From an uncultured delta proteobacterium (GTDB lineage: Bacteria > Myxococcota_A > Polyangia > Fen-1088): a stretch of 64,000 nt of DNA. Position numbers and translations under genes: made by a program. The DNA lies in assembly GCA_963737265.1 (NCBI GenBank), contig CAVTRY010000007.1, forward strand, positions 128,001 through 192,000, written 5' to 3'. The notes beneath the pieces are model-generated. The model was not told where the DNA came from, did not search any database, and saw only the letters and a list, made by a program, of their open reading frames with translations. Positions within the stretch are counted from its first letter, which is position 1, and each line of letters begins with the position of its first letter. Shown here one piece after another: positions 32,392-44,281 of the stretch.

Positions 32392-33114
32392 CTACGGCCC
32401 GGTCGCCGGGTCGTCCTGCCGTCGCACCGCCGCGGTGGTGAGAAGATGGCCGTCGATTTCGGACCAACGGGCCTCGGCCCAAAATGGTCCTTCGTGCTTG
32501 GCGAGCGCCAGGGTCACGCCCACGCTGCCGTCGGAATGGGGCAGCACCTTCGCCTCTTGAAAGGACACGTAGCGCCCGATGAGCGGATTGATTGCCTTGT
32601 ACAGCGCTTCCTTGAGCGAGAAGTGCAGGACGATCTCGCGGCGGCGCATGTCATCGGGGAGGGCAGCCAGGGCGGCCAGCTCTTCCGGCGTCATGACCCG
32701 GCCGCTAATGTCCGGCCGGCGATCCCATCCTGGCTCGGTCGGCGAAGGCGGGGTTGTGGGAACCGGCTCGATATCCACGCCGACGGAAAGGCCAGCGTGC
32801 CCGCGCGCGGCCAGGGCAACGGCCAAAGAGCGCTTGTGGCTGATCGAGCCCGTTACGCCCACGGGTAGCTCGGGGGCGCCTCGCGTGGTCGCCAAGATCG
32901 GCCCGGCGTCGAGCCCCATATCCTGCAGCGCCGCGTGCAGGGCGATGCGGCCAGCAAGCCAGGTCGGCTTTCGCGCGGGAGAGAGGGTTCGGAGAAAATC
33001 GCGTTCTTCGTCGGCCAGCGCGGTCAGGCTGTCGGCGTGGATTGTGTTGGCCACGCGGACGCCCACACAGCGTCCGTGCGGTAGGTCGACCCGAAATACG
33101 ATGTCGGCTGACAT
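32392..33114 (-). CDS. 4'-phosphopantetheinyl transferase (EntD/Sfp-like)
   Basis: GSISHK, VGVDIE, FSLKEALYKA. Confidence 0.9.
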   Translation of the reverse strand: MSADIVFRVDLPHGRCVGVRVANTIHADSLTALADEERDFLRTLSPARKPTWLAGRIALHAALQDMGLDAGPILATTRGAPELPVGVTGSISHKRSLAVALAARGHAGLSVGVDIEPVPTTPPSPTEPGWDRRPDISGRVMTPEELAALAALPDDMRRREIVLHFSLKEALYKAINPLIGRYVSFQEAKVLPHSDGSVGVTLALAKHEGPFWAEARWSEIDGHLLTTAAVRRQDDPATGP

Positions 33115-33249
33115 GGCAGAGAGTGCGTGACTGACGTGAGCTGCGGGCAACCGGATTCGAGGGTATCACAAGACCACCCGCAGCGCGGGCTTCGCAGAAA
33201 TCTGAGGCGAGGCCGTTTCGCTGGCGCGCTACCGGTAAACTCACGCTAG

Positions 33250-35052
33250 CTAGCGAGAGCATGTCTTCTGAAGCGCCCGAAATCGTTCGTCGCTTGGGAC
33301 CAGCTGCTCAAGCTCGGCGAAGCGCGCCCGCGCGCGTTCAATGAAGCCGAGCTCGCAGGCCCACGACGCATCGACGTAGTTGCGCCAGGCGAGATACCCG
33401 CGCACCTGGCGATCATGCTCGGCTTCGCCGATCGCCCAGGCCGGCAGGGGCCGCATGCGTGCTGGCGACGTGCTCTTGGCTGGCGCCCACAGGTCGCCGG
33501 CCGGTCCAAGCTCGCGACGAACCTCCGGCGCCGTCACGGCGTCAGGCTCGATGCGCACCGGGCGGCTGTGGTCGAGCTTGGCGAGTTGAGCTGCGATGCC
33601 TTCATGCCTGCGGTAGGCGTCGACGACCGGACCTAGCTCGGGCAGCGCCGCGGCCACGCGATCCGCGTAACCCGGACCCCCGGCGAAGGCCAGGTGCGCC
33701 CAGGCCACATCGGGGCGCGCGCCTTCGACGTAGCGTTCATACCCGACCAGAAAGCCGGTCTCGAAGTGGTGGGTAAGCAGCGCTGCGCGCACTGGCAGAT
33801 CGGACAGCATGCTGCGCACCTCGAAGTCAGCGGCGCGTGCGTTGCGCAGGCCGGGGTACCGTGCTGGCCAGGGAAAGCGCGTGAGCGCACCGACGAGGAA
33901 TGCTAGCGCGAGGATCGTTCGCAGTCGTTTTGGTCGGAAGATCGCCGTTGCCACGGCGAGGGCCGTGCCCGACAGAACGGCAATCAGCGCCAAGGCGGGG
34001 CCGAGGTAGCCGCGAATATCGGGATTGCCTGGATCGAGACCTCCGACCAGTGCCGCGGTCATCGACCCAGCCGTCCCGATTAGCACCGCAATGCCGAAGA
34101 CGCGTGATTTAGCCCGGCGAAGCAGAAAGTACGCGCCTGCCGGGGCCATCAACGCGAAGATCTTTTCCAGCTCTTCGATGGGCAAGAACGGCAGATCCCA
34201 GGGCGACGCGTTGCCGTGAACCACCGCCGTCTTTTCCGCGAAGGTTTGCGCCGATACCACCCACCAAAAACCATGCGCCGTGCGTGCGTCGCCCCACAGG
34301 ACATTGTCGAGGCCGCGTTCGGCACCGCCAAACAGCGCCGCCGTGCGCAATGGAAGATAGGCGTGAACGGCCATTCCTACCGCGAAAGCTGCGACCGACA
34401 ACAGCAGCAACCGCATGCGCGCGCCCGAGCTCGCCAGCACGGGAAGCGCAGCCGCCACCGCGCCCAGTCCGACCAGGCCGGCCACCAGCGAGTGATTGCC
34501 CACGCCCAAGCCGACGAGCATGGCCGCGACGAAGGCCGGCCGGACATCCTTGCTCGCCTGCGCGCGCAAGGCCAGCCACAGGGCGCCGAGGGAAAGCGCG
34601 GTCTGCACCGCATACACTTCGGCGCGGTTGCTCACCATGACGACGCCCGGCGCGTAAGCAAAGGCCAGGGCCGCGGTCGCCGCAACGATTGCTCGGGTCA
34701 TCTCGCTGGTTACGTCGGTAACGAAACGCAAGGTCCGCGTGGCGTCGAGCACGAGTAGGAACACCAGCACCCCCGCCAGCGCACCCGCCAGCGCCTGCGA
34801 CAGCGCGACCTTGAACGCCACATTGCCGAGCGGCAGCAGGGTGACGAGCTTGGCGAAGAGCAGCGTGGTTTCTTCGCCCGGTGGATGCGCCACGCCGAGG
34901 CCAAAGGCCGCGGTGGCCAGCTCCGCCGAATCCAGCGGATAGGCGGTGGGCGTTGCGGCCAAGACGTAGGCGACGAACGCCGCGAGCCCGACGCCCACGG
35001 CTCCCCACAGTCGAGGACCAGATTCCGTGTCGCTCTTCGTCTGGGCTGGCAA
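33250..35052 (-). CDS. DUF2723 / TMEM260-like polytopic membrane protein (putative GT-C glycosyltransferase)
   Basis: DSAEL...GVAHPPG, AEVY, YLPLR motifs; many TM helices. Confidence 0.8.
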   Translation of the reverse strand: MPAQTKSDTESGPRLWGAVGVGLAAFVAYVLAATPTAYPLDSAELATAAFGLGVAHPPGEETTLLFAKLVTLLPLGNVAFKVALSQALAGALAGVLVFLLVLDATRTLRFVTDVTSEMTRAIVAATAALAFAYAPGVVMVSNRAEVYAVQTALSLGALWLALRAQASKDVRPAFVAAMLVGLGVGNHSLVAGLVGLGAVAAALPVLASSGARMRLLLLSVAAFAVGMAVHAYLPLRTAALFGGAERGLDNVLWGDARTAHGFWWVVSAQTFAEKTAVVHGNASPWDLPFLPIEELEKIFALMAPAGAYFLLRRAKSRVFGIAVLIGTAGSMTAALVGGLDPGNPDIRGYLGPALALIAVLSGTALAVATAIFRPKRLRTILALAFLVGALTRFPWPARYPGLRNARAADFEVRSMLSDLPVRAALLTHHFETGFLVGYERYVEGARPDVAWAHLAFAGGPGYADRVAAALPELGPVVDAYRRHEGIAAQLAKLDHSRPVRIEPDAVTAPEVRRELGPAGDLWAPAKSTSPARMRPLPAWAIGEAEHDRQVRGYLAWRNYVDASWACELGFIERARARFAELEQLVPSDERFRALQKTCSR

Positions 35053-35072
35053 CGTTTCCCTATGTTACCGTC

Positions 35073-36593
<1,521 letters not shown>

Positions 36594-36709
36594 GAGTGAC
36601 CTAGAACGGCGCGGCCGAGTGGAAGCGGCCGGGGCGATGAAGTGGCTCGGCCTATGTCGGATGGCCGTGCAATTTTCGTGTCGGCGTTCTACGCTTGGCA
36701 CTGAATTCG

Positions 36710-39287
36710 ATGATCAAACATCCCGATTTTCTCGAGGTCTTCTCCAGCGTAGCAACTCGGCGAAGCAATCACCTCGCGGTCGAGGCCGACGAGGGCACGT
36801 TCACCTATGCCGAGCTGGATCGGCTCTCAAACCAGGTGGCGAATCGCCTGCGCGCCCTGGGGGTAGACCGGGAAGCACGCGTGGGAATCTCGCTGCCCCG
36901 AGGAGCGCGCGAGCTGGTCGCCATGCTTGCGACGGCGAAGGCGGGTGGGGCTTACGTCCCCCTCAATCCGACTTATCCGGAAGAAAGGCTGCGCGGCATC
37001 ATCGACGAAGTCTCTCCCCAGGTCGTGGTGGTAGAGCCCGGATCTGCACTGGCCTTGGGTCATGAAGGGCAGATCCTTCTTTTCCCCAGCATCGAGGCCG
37101 CGGCAGCGGGGTTCCCGGCAACCGCACCAACCGTCAAATGCGATCCCGATCAGCTGGTGTACATCCTGTTTACCTCCGGCTCGAACCGGACGTCCCAAGG
37201 GTGTGGAAATCACACGCGCAGCGTTCTCGAATTTTCTCGGATCGATGATACGAAGTCCAGGCATGGCGGAGAACGAGCGCCTTCTCGCCATCACGACGAC
37301 CTCGTTCGATATCGCCGGTCTCGAGCTTTTCCTGCCGCTCTGTGTGGGCGCCACCGTCTCGATCGCGGATTACGAAACCGCGCGAGATCCGCGCAAGCTA
37401 CGTCGTCGCTTGGAAGGCGCCGACATCTCCGTGTTGCAGGCCACGCCCGCCACCTGGCGCCTGCTGCTCGAAGCGGGCTGGCTCGTCGACAGAAAACTTC
37501 GAATGCTTTGCGGTGGCGAAGCCTTGTCTCCCGCGCTCGCCGACCGCTTGTTGGCCGCCGATGGCGAGCTGTGGAATCTCTATGGCCCGACGGAGACGAC
37601 GGTGTGGTCGTCGCTCGAGCGGATTCGGCCGGACTACGATCGCATCACCATCGGCAAGCCCATCGATGAAACCGAGATCTACGTCCTCGACGAAGCGTTG
37701 AATTCCGTTCCCATCGGTCAGGAAGGCGAAATTTGGATTGGCGGTCGCGGCGTGGCGCGCGGCTATTGGCGCCGCCCTGACTTGACGGCCGACCGCTTCG
37801 TGGCTCGCCCGCACATCGCTCCCGACGACAGAATCTATCGCACGGGCGATCTCGGCCGGCTACGCCCGGACGGACGTTTCGAGTGCCTGGGCCGCCTGGA
37901 CCGCCAGGTGAAGATCAGCGGCAACCGCATCGAGCTCGGGGAAATCGAGACGGTTTTGCGTTCCGTGGCGGGCGTGGGCGAAGCCTTGGTCGTTGCCGAT
38001 CGACCCGAGGGCGGCGAGCCCCGTCTTGTCGCCTATTGGACCGGCCCGGCGCAACGGAAGGATATCGTCGAAGCGGCCCAGCGCAGCCTTCCGGCCTACA
38101 TGGTCCCGGCGGCCTACGTCCAGCTGCAAACCTTTCCACTCAACACGAATGGGAAGATCGATCACAAGGCTCTGCCCAAACCCGAGCTCGTGGAGCAGCC
38201 CAGGCTGCCAGCCGGACGCCAGGCTACAGAAATCGAAGCCCGCATTACCTCGGTTTGGGCGCAGGTTCTTGCCATGGCGCATGTTCCGCTCAACCAAAGT
38301 TTCTTCACTCTGGGTGGAACGTCGGCCCTGGCCATCGAGGCGGTTGCCGGCATCGAGAAAGAGCTGGGCGTCGAGCTACCCTTGCTGGCGTTCTTCGATG
38401 CGCCGACGGTGGAAGGCATCGCAGCCAACGTTGGCAAGTTCTTCTCTCCCGACGCGCCCATCGTCGCTCGGCTGCGCCAGGGACATCCGGAGCGAGAGCC
38501 TCTGTTCTGCCTCTTTGGTGTGACGCTTTACCAAGCCCTGGCCCTTGAGCTCGCCGAAGATCGTCTTGTGTTTGGCGTGCATATCCCATTTCGCTACGTG
38601 CCCGGGCGCGATCCGCGCCCCACGCTCCCGGAGATCGGCCGACGCTACGTGGATTTGATCCGAGAGCACCAGAGCCACGGTCCTTACCACATGCTCGGAC
38701 TGTGCTTCGGCGGCATCGTCGCCTACGAGGTGGCGCGCCAGTTGGAAGCCGCAGGAGAAACCGTGGCCACGGTCACCATCATCGATGCCGTCCTGCCCCA
38801 TGCTATTCACATCGACAAGCGCAGGCGCTTGCGCTCTCACATCGCGCGGGCGTGGAAGAATCCAGGCGACTTCGTCCGCTACGTGAACAAGAAGCTAAAG
38901 GAACGCTACCATGGTTCGTTCTTGCACGACCTCGTTCAGACCTTGCGCGCTCCCGCGGGTGTTCCGCCAGCCATCGATCTTCCCGTCGACGGGCCGGAGG
39001 TCGAGGCCGAGGTTCATCGTTTCGCCGCCCAGCCCAGCAAACTAGCGACGCGGGTGCTGGTCGTGTGTGCGACCGACGAACCCAGGCCGGGATGGACGAC
39101 CGTGTCGGCCGACGAAGGCTGGGGTGATCGTGCTGACTCCGTGGTCATCTGCAACGTTCCGGGAACCCATCTCGGTGTCCTGAAGGATCCTCATGTGCGC
39201 CTTCTCGCTCGTGCGATCACCGAGGGCTTTCACCCTCAGCCGCATTGCGACGAGACGCCCGACCCGGGTATGCACCTCACGGATTAA
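36710..39287 (+). CDS. Stand-alone NRPS A-T-TE module, +1 frameshift near 37184
   Basis: TYAEL, YILFTSGS/TGRPKGV across the frameshift, NLYGPTE, YRTGDL, NGKID, T-domain FFTLGGTS, TE GPYHMLGLCFGG and PGTH. Confidence 0.9.
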
Positions 39288-39798
39288 GCTGCAACGACAT
39301 GGCTAGGCCGACGTTGCTGGCATCGATACGACTGCCTCCGTAGTTGAGATACATCTGCGTGTACCGCACGGAAAAACCGACGGCGGTGTGCCATGTCTCG
39401 GCGAACAGCAAACCGCCTTCGCCAAACCAGCCCCAGGGAGATTGAAAGGATGCGTTCGCGACAGACAAGTCACCGCTGCCCGACAGCTTGGGATCGAGTT
39501 CCTTGTGGGGACCGCCTGCCAGGGTGAAGTACCAACGCGTGCTCATGCGCAGATAGGCCTGCAACCAGGCCGAAAATGGAAAGCGCGTCCAACCCATGCT
39601 GGCGTTGGTTGCATCGATGGAATCATATTTCACACCGATGCGCGTACCCGCGCCGAGACCCAAGGTGTCGCCGAACCACAACGGCATCGCTGAGAAGCCG
39701 ATCCCGGCGAAGATGCCGCTACCGGCCTCCAGCGACTGACTGCTGCCGTTAGTCATGATGGCGCTCACCAGGTTCTCACCACCAAAATCGCCACTCAA
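39277..39798 (-). CDS. Outer membrane beta-barrel-like protein, possibly 5'-truncated
   Basis: Amphipathic strands (GDFGGENL, GVKYD, RFPF); frame open to 39963 without ATG or signal peptide. Confidence 0.55.
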   Translation of the reverse strand: MSGDFGGENLVSAIMTNGSSQSLEAGSGIFAGIGFSAMPLWFGDTLGLGAGTRIGVKYDSIDATNASMGWTRFPFSAWLQAYLRMSTRWYFTLAGGPHKELDPKLSGSGDLSVANASFQSPWGWFGEGGLLFAETWHTAVGFSVRYTQMYLNYGGSRIDASNVGLAMSLQLNP

Positions 39799-39897
39799 TA
39801 GGAGTCCAGGAGTCGCCCAGGCAAAGGCATTAAGCGGGTCAACCGCGTGTTCGGATGGCCATTCCTGATTTGAGGATAGAAATCTTCGAATCGCGTT

Positions 39898-39940
39898 GCC
39901 CCTCTCCCCCGAACCCGACCCGAACCCGAAGGGAGAGGGC
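39898..39940. repeat. REP-like hairpin CCCTCTCCC...GGGAGAGGG
   Basis: 9-bp inverted repeat around a CCCGAA/CCCGA repeated loop. Confidence 0.55.
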
Positions 39941-39996
39941 GTTTCACTGCGACCGCCTAACGCCTATGGGAGTCCCTGAAGTGTCTTAGGCGGGAG

Positions 39997-40840
39997 CTAT
40001 TTGTGTTGAAGCGTGCCGGCCACGAAGTGTACGTAGCTGGAAGCCAGGACACGCATACCGAGGGGACTCAGGTGGCCGCCGTCGCTCGAAGTAGTCGGCG
40101 AACAAAGCGGGCGTGGGCTGGCCATCGATGGGGTAGGTTTCGCGGGTTCCAGCGAGATCAGTCGATTCGACGCGGGCGATGTCGAAGATGGGCTCGTTCG
40201 CGAATTCCGTTCGTAGCAAGCGATTGAATTGCTCGCGCTTGGCATTGAGCAGGTCGGACTCGGGGCGCATGCCGAGGAGGCGCTTAATGCGGGTCTTGAT
40301 GCCTTGTTCCCGGATTCTCAGCGGCGCGGTTGCGTGGGCGATGATGACGGCAGGATGGCGCGCCTTGATGCGAGCAATGGCGTGCTTGTAGTAGTCGAAC
40401 AGATCCCGCACGTCCGTGTCGCGGGTGAAGTCGGAGTAGCAGAATTTCATCAGCGCAAGGTGAGGCGGATTCCCTTGTAGACTGTCCAGCGCTGCCTCGA
40501 ACCCGTCGATCTTGGTCTTGGGACTTCCGTTCTTGCCCGGCCGGGTCTCGATGATGCCCGGTCCGGACTGACTTTTGCCGGCGTCGAGATCCTCGATGGG
40601 CCAGGTCGTGCCTGCCTCCTCAAGGAGCTGGCGTAGGCCGTCGAGGATGTTGGCACCTACCGACTGGTGCGCGAAAAGCACGCGCAGCTTGCTCGCTGCC
40701 GCAATAGACTGCTTGCTTTCAGGAGGCATGGACTGCTCCATCGTTGGGGAAGCGCCGCCGGGTGGCGAGCACGCGGCAGACACGGCGCCCGCGCTCGCCG
40801 CCAGCACGGCCAGAACCTCCGTCATTCGCCGACCTGTCAT
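39997..40840 (-). CDS. SGNH-like lipoprotein, +1 frameshift near 40089
   Basis: Lipobox SAAC; LFAHQSVGANI, MKFCYSD, FDIARVES; C-terminal D-x-x-H (DGGHL) in the adjacent frame. Confidence 0.65.
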
Positions 40841-40935
40841 CTTGCAACCGCTAGGCTGGCAGGAGTTTACCGCCGCCGGCCCGGAAACGGTCAAGCGAGA
40901 TCGCGGGGCTGGGAATCACCATTTCGACGAAAGAA

Positions 40936-41061
40936 ATGGTCGCAGTGGATCTTTCCAAACCGGCGTCGGTTATGCTATCTCTTCGCGACCTTCCCGGCCC
41001 GCCTGGGCCGAGAACCCGATGGCTCATTGGGACAATGCATCACAAAGGCGAGCATAACTAG
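40936..41061 (+). pseudogene. Relic 3' end of a tyrosine integrase paralogous to 51082-51204
   Basis: Translates MVAVDLSKPASVMLSLRD versus MVAVDLSKPAAVVLSLRD in the integrase at 50737-51204. Confidence 0.8.
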
Positions 41062-41064
41062 GCT

Positions 41065-41117
41065 AAATTAAAAGATAATGGGCGCATAGCTCAATTGGTA
41101 GAGCAGCGGACTCTTAA
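41065..41117 (+). repeat. att-site direct repeat containing the tRNA-Lys 5' half (41080-41117)
   Basis: 53 bp identical to 51212-51264, ending at anticodon loop CTCTTAA. Confidence 0.93.
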
Positions 41118-41570
41118 GCCAGATGCTGCAATGAGCCCTGATTAGACCGAGCGCTCACGCCAAACAAAACGCGCGCTTACGGCAGCCAGAGACGCCGCAT
41201 GATAGCCAGGAGTTATCACCTGTGCGGGCCACTTGGGCAGAACATGGGCAGAGCCGGTGCGCCAAACAGAGCGCGATCAGGGTGATGGCCGAGCTCGCCG
41301 AAATGCGCCACGACCCCGGCTCGGACGTCGCCGGACTCGCCCCCGCCATCCACTCCATCTGCACGCAGGGCACCTGTAGCTTCTAGACCCCTTCTTGGCA
41401 GGTTGTAATGGGGTCCCAGGAATGCGCGCCCTCGCGGCACCGTGATCTCCTCGTGCGCGCCTTCCGACTCTGGTGCGCGCTGTGAGCGGGCACACGTGGC
41501 GCAGGCATTCCTCTGTCCCGGCTATCTCCAACGAAAGGAAACCGGATACAATGTCTTGCTGAGGCCGTCC

Positions 41571-42053
41571 ATGAAGGAAAAGGAGCTCCGCGAGCGTATC
41601 GAGCAGTTCTTGCGCAAGACGGCCCGCAATGTCGTGGTGCCCGCGTCGGTGGGCTTGGGGCTGAGCGTTTCCGGCTGCGATCAACATGCGTTGCACGCCA
41701 CGGCCGCCGATGCGGGGGGAGATTCGGCCGCGCAGGTCTCGGACGTGGCGAAGGTTTCGACCTCGGACGTTCCGCCGTCGGCGCCGGAGGTCGGGGATGC
41801 GACTTCTCCGAACGACCTTCCGCTCGTGGCCCCGCCCTATCTGCTGGTCGCGCTCCCGCCAGATGATGTTGCCCCCGACCAGACCCGTGACGTTGAATCC
41901 GAAGCCGGAACGCAAGGCCCGGACGCCGCGGCCGACGCCTACGTGCCGATACCTCCACTCATTTACGTCTTCTATATGCAGCGGGCAGAGACGGACGCCG
42001 CGGCCCCGCCCGACGCGGCGGCGATGCTTTCCGCCTCTCCAGAGAAGGCGTAG
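41571..42053 (+). CDS. Acidic Pro/Asp/Ala-rich lipoprotein, putative radical SAM substrate
   Basis: MKEKELRERIEQFL...LSVSGC lipobox; Tyr only in Pro-flanked hydrophobic patches; 3 nt upstream of the rSAM gene. Confidence 0.7.
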   Translation: MKEKELRERIEQFLRKTARNVVVPASVGLGLSVSGCDQHALHATAADAGGDSAAQVSDVAKVSTSDVPPSAPEVGDATSPNDLPLVAPPYLLVALPPDDVAPDQTRDVESEAGTQGPDAAADAYVPIPPLIYVFYMQRAETDAAAPPDAAAMLSASPEKA

Positions 42054-42056
42054 CTG

Positions 42057-43030
42057 GTGCTCGAAGTATTCCGGCGAATCGGGTTCGTACCGCGCGCCTG
42101 CGGCTGGGAGAATCACCCTCCGGTGCAACATGGGCTGCCGGCACTGCGGCTCGCTGGCCGGACGAGCTCGCGACGACGAGCTATCACACGACGAATGCCT
42201 GCGCGTGGCAGACGAGCTGGTGCAGCTGCGCTGCGGGCGCGTGACCCTGACCGGCGGCGAGCCGACCTTGCGCCAGGACTGGGACGTGCTCGGCGAGCGC
42301 CTGGCCAGGCAGAAGGTTCGGGTGGCCATCCTTTCCAACGCGTGGACGTGGAGCCCACGCGACGCTGAACGAGCCGCACGCGCCGGTCTGTCCAGCGTGG
42401 GCTTCAGTCTCGATGGACTCGAGCGCGAGCACGACGACTTCCGCGGCTCCGGCTCGTTTCCACGCGTTCTTGCGGCACTGCGCACGGCGCGGGACGTGGG
42501 TCTCGAGTTTGGTGTCAACACCACCATCTATCGTGGCAATCGTCATCAGCTCGTGGCATTGCGCGATCTGCTCGTATCCGGGGGCGTGCGCTCATGGCAA
42601 CTGCAATACGCCGTTGCCACCGGCGCCATGGCCCGCCATCGCGAGCTGGTATTGCCGCCCGAGGATGTGCTGTGGTTGGTGCCGCAAATCGCCGAATTCT
42701 GCCGGGAGCGCAAGGGCGGCATGTACATCGTGGCGAGCGATCACATCGGCTACTACGGGCGGCCTGAAGGCCATCTGCGCCAGGCCGACGTCAGCATGCC
42801 CTTCTGGTTGGGGTGTTGGGCGGGCATGCAGGCGCTCGCCATCGAGAGCAACGGCGACGTGAAGGGCTGTCTCTCGCTGCCTTCGGCCCGCCATGGCGAG
42901 ACCCGCTTCATCGACGGCAACCTGCGCACCACCAGCTTGCGCGCCATCTGGAACCGCCCCGCGGGATTCGCGTACAACCGCGGCTTTCATCCCCAGCAGC
43001 TTCGCGGGTTCTGCCGCGTGTGCCGCTACA
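42057..43030 (+). pseudogene. Radical SAM/SPASM enzyme, frameshift near 42111 and 3'-truncated
   Basis: WE/ITLRCNMGCRHCGS, TGGEP, SLDG, SPASM CWAG...GDVKGCLSL...GNL...FCRVCRY, then family-like sequence stops. Confidence 0.82.
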
Positions 43031-43967
43031 CGGCCGCGACCGACGTCTTCGATGCCGTCGTTGCCCTCGCCGGCTGCGGCAACAGCGACAGAGGCGCCGT
43101 ATCCACCTTGGCGTTCGGAACAGCAGGCTCCGCCGTCCTCGCGACTGCGCTGGTTGCCGGCGTGGTCGTCTTGACCTCAGCAGGTGGAGTCGCCGCTGGC
43201 CCGCCGGCTCGAAGCCGAGGCCGGCCTTGGGGGCGACATCGTGCGTTCCTTGGCCACCGTTGGTGCGGCTGCACGTGGGATGGTGGCAGCGGCAACGGCT
43301 CGAGGCGCAGACGTGGCGGCGAAAGTCCGGACAGTCGTGCTCGGCGGGGACGGCGTTGCTCTTGCCATGGCCAGTGCCCTGACCGACGGGACTTCCTTGG
43401 ACTGGGCCGGCGTGGATGGCAGGGGCGTACGGCCCAGCTCCATCTTGTCGTGCAACGGACGTTCGTGGTCGGCGCTTCGCTGCTCATGCTCCGCGCGCAC
43501 CCTTTGCTCGACCTCTCTCCGCACCTCTTGCTCAACCTGCAGCCTGATCTCCTTCTGCATCTGGGCTCGCGCCTTCTCGCTCTCGCCCTTCAGCTCGTTG
43601 CCCAGGGTGACACGCAACTCCTGCTCGAGCGTCGCTCGCAGCTCCATGTCCCGCGCCGCGAGCCTGTCCGCCTCCCTTGGCGTGCTCGCAAGCTCGGCAT
43701 GCGCCTCTGCGCGGAGCCGCATTCAGGGCACCTCCGTCGAACGAGGCCGATCCATGCCAACACCGAGGCCAGCGCCAGCGAGCCAGGGCCAAGTCCCCAT
43801 CCACCCACCGGCGACCAATGGGGCAAGGCGTTCGAAGGGTCCTGCCCGAGGGTGAGGGACCAGAGTCCTCCGATGCCCCCGGCGAACGCTATCGCGGCAG
43901 GAATCACCGGCGCCACGGCCGGCTTTCCGATCCCCGAGATGGCTCTTTGACATCGTCTGCAACGCAT
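43026..43967 (-). pseudogene. Disrupted membrane protein: CxxC-TM-TM-CxxC, coiled coil, Pro/Thr/Ala tail
   Basis: MRCRRC...RRCPECGS in one frame, Glu/Arg coiled coil in a second, low-complexity tail in a third. Confidence 0.5.
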
Positions 43968-44281
43968 GTGTCACCTATTAGGCTATTCCTCATCCGACCG
44001 GTCGGCGAGAAATGAAAAAGGCTTACCGCGGTAGGGTCGGGGCTCATGCGATGGAGCAGTCAAGGTCTACGGAGCGAGCCGACGTGAAAACGATCACGAC
44101 GGAGAAGGACCTTGCACGACGTGAACGAACGGCGTTTCCGTCGGACAGGTTCGCCCTCATGTTGTCAGATTTCTGAGACTCTGTGGTCTGCGAGGCTCGA
44201 CGAATGGCGGACCAGCCAAGGTCTCGCACCTCTCCGCGTTTGGACCATGGCTTGCTACGCTTTCACCCGAGGAGAAAGTTG

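Noticed and set aside
32392-33114. PPTase as a dedicated partner of the NRPS
   Set aside because: Separated by unrelated genes and lies in core context next to gatB; linkage cannot be shown
41080-41117. Second functional tRNA-Lys
   Set aside because: Sequence diverges after the anticodon loop; no T-arm or acceptor 3' strand
41686-43950. 754-aa radical SAM fusion protein
   Set aside because: Its N- and C-terminal parts are alternative-frame or antisense read-through caused by a frameshift and a junction
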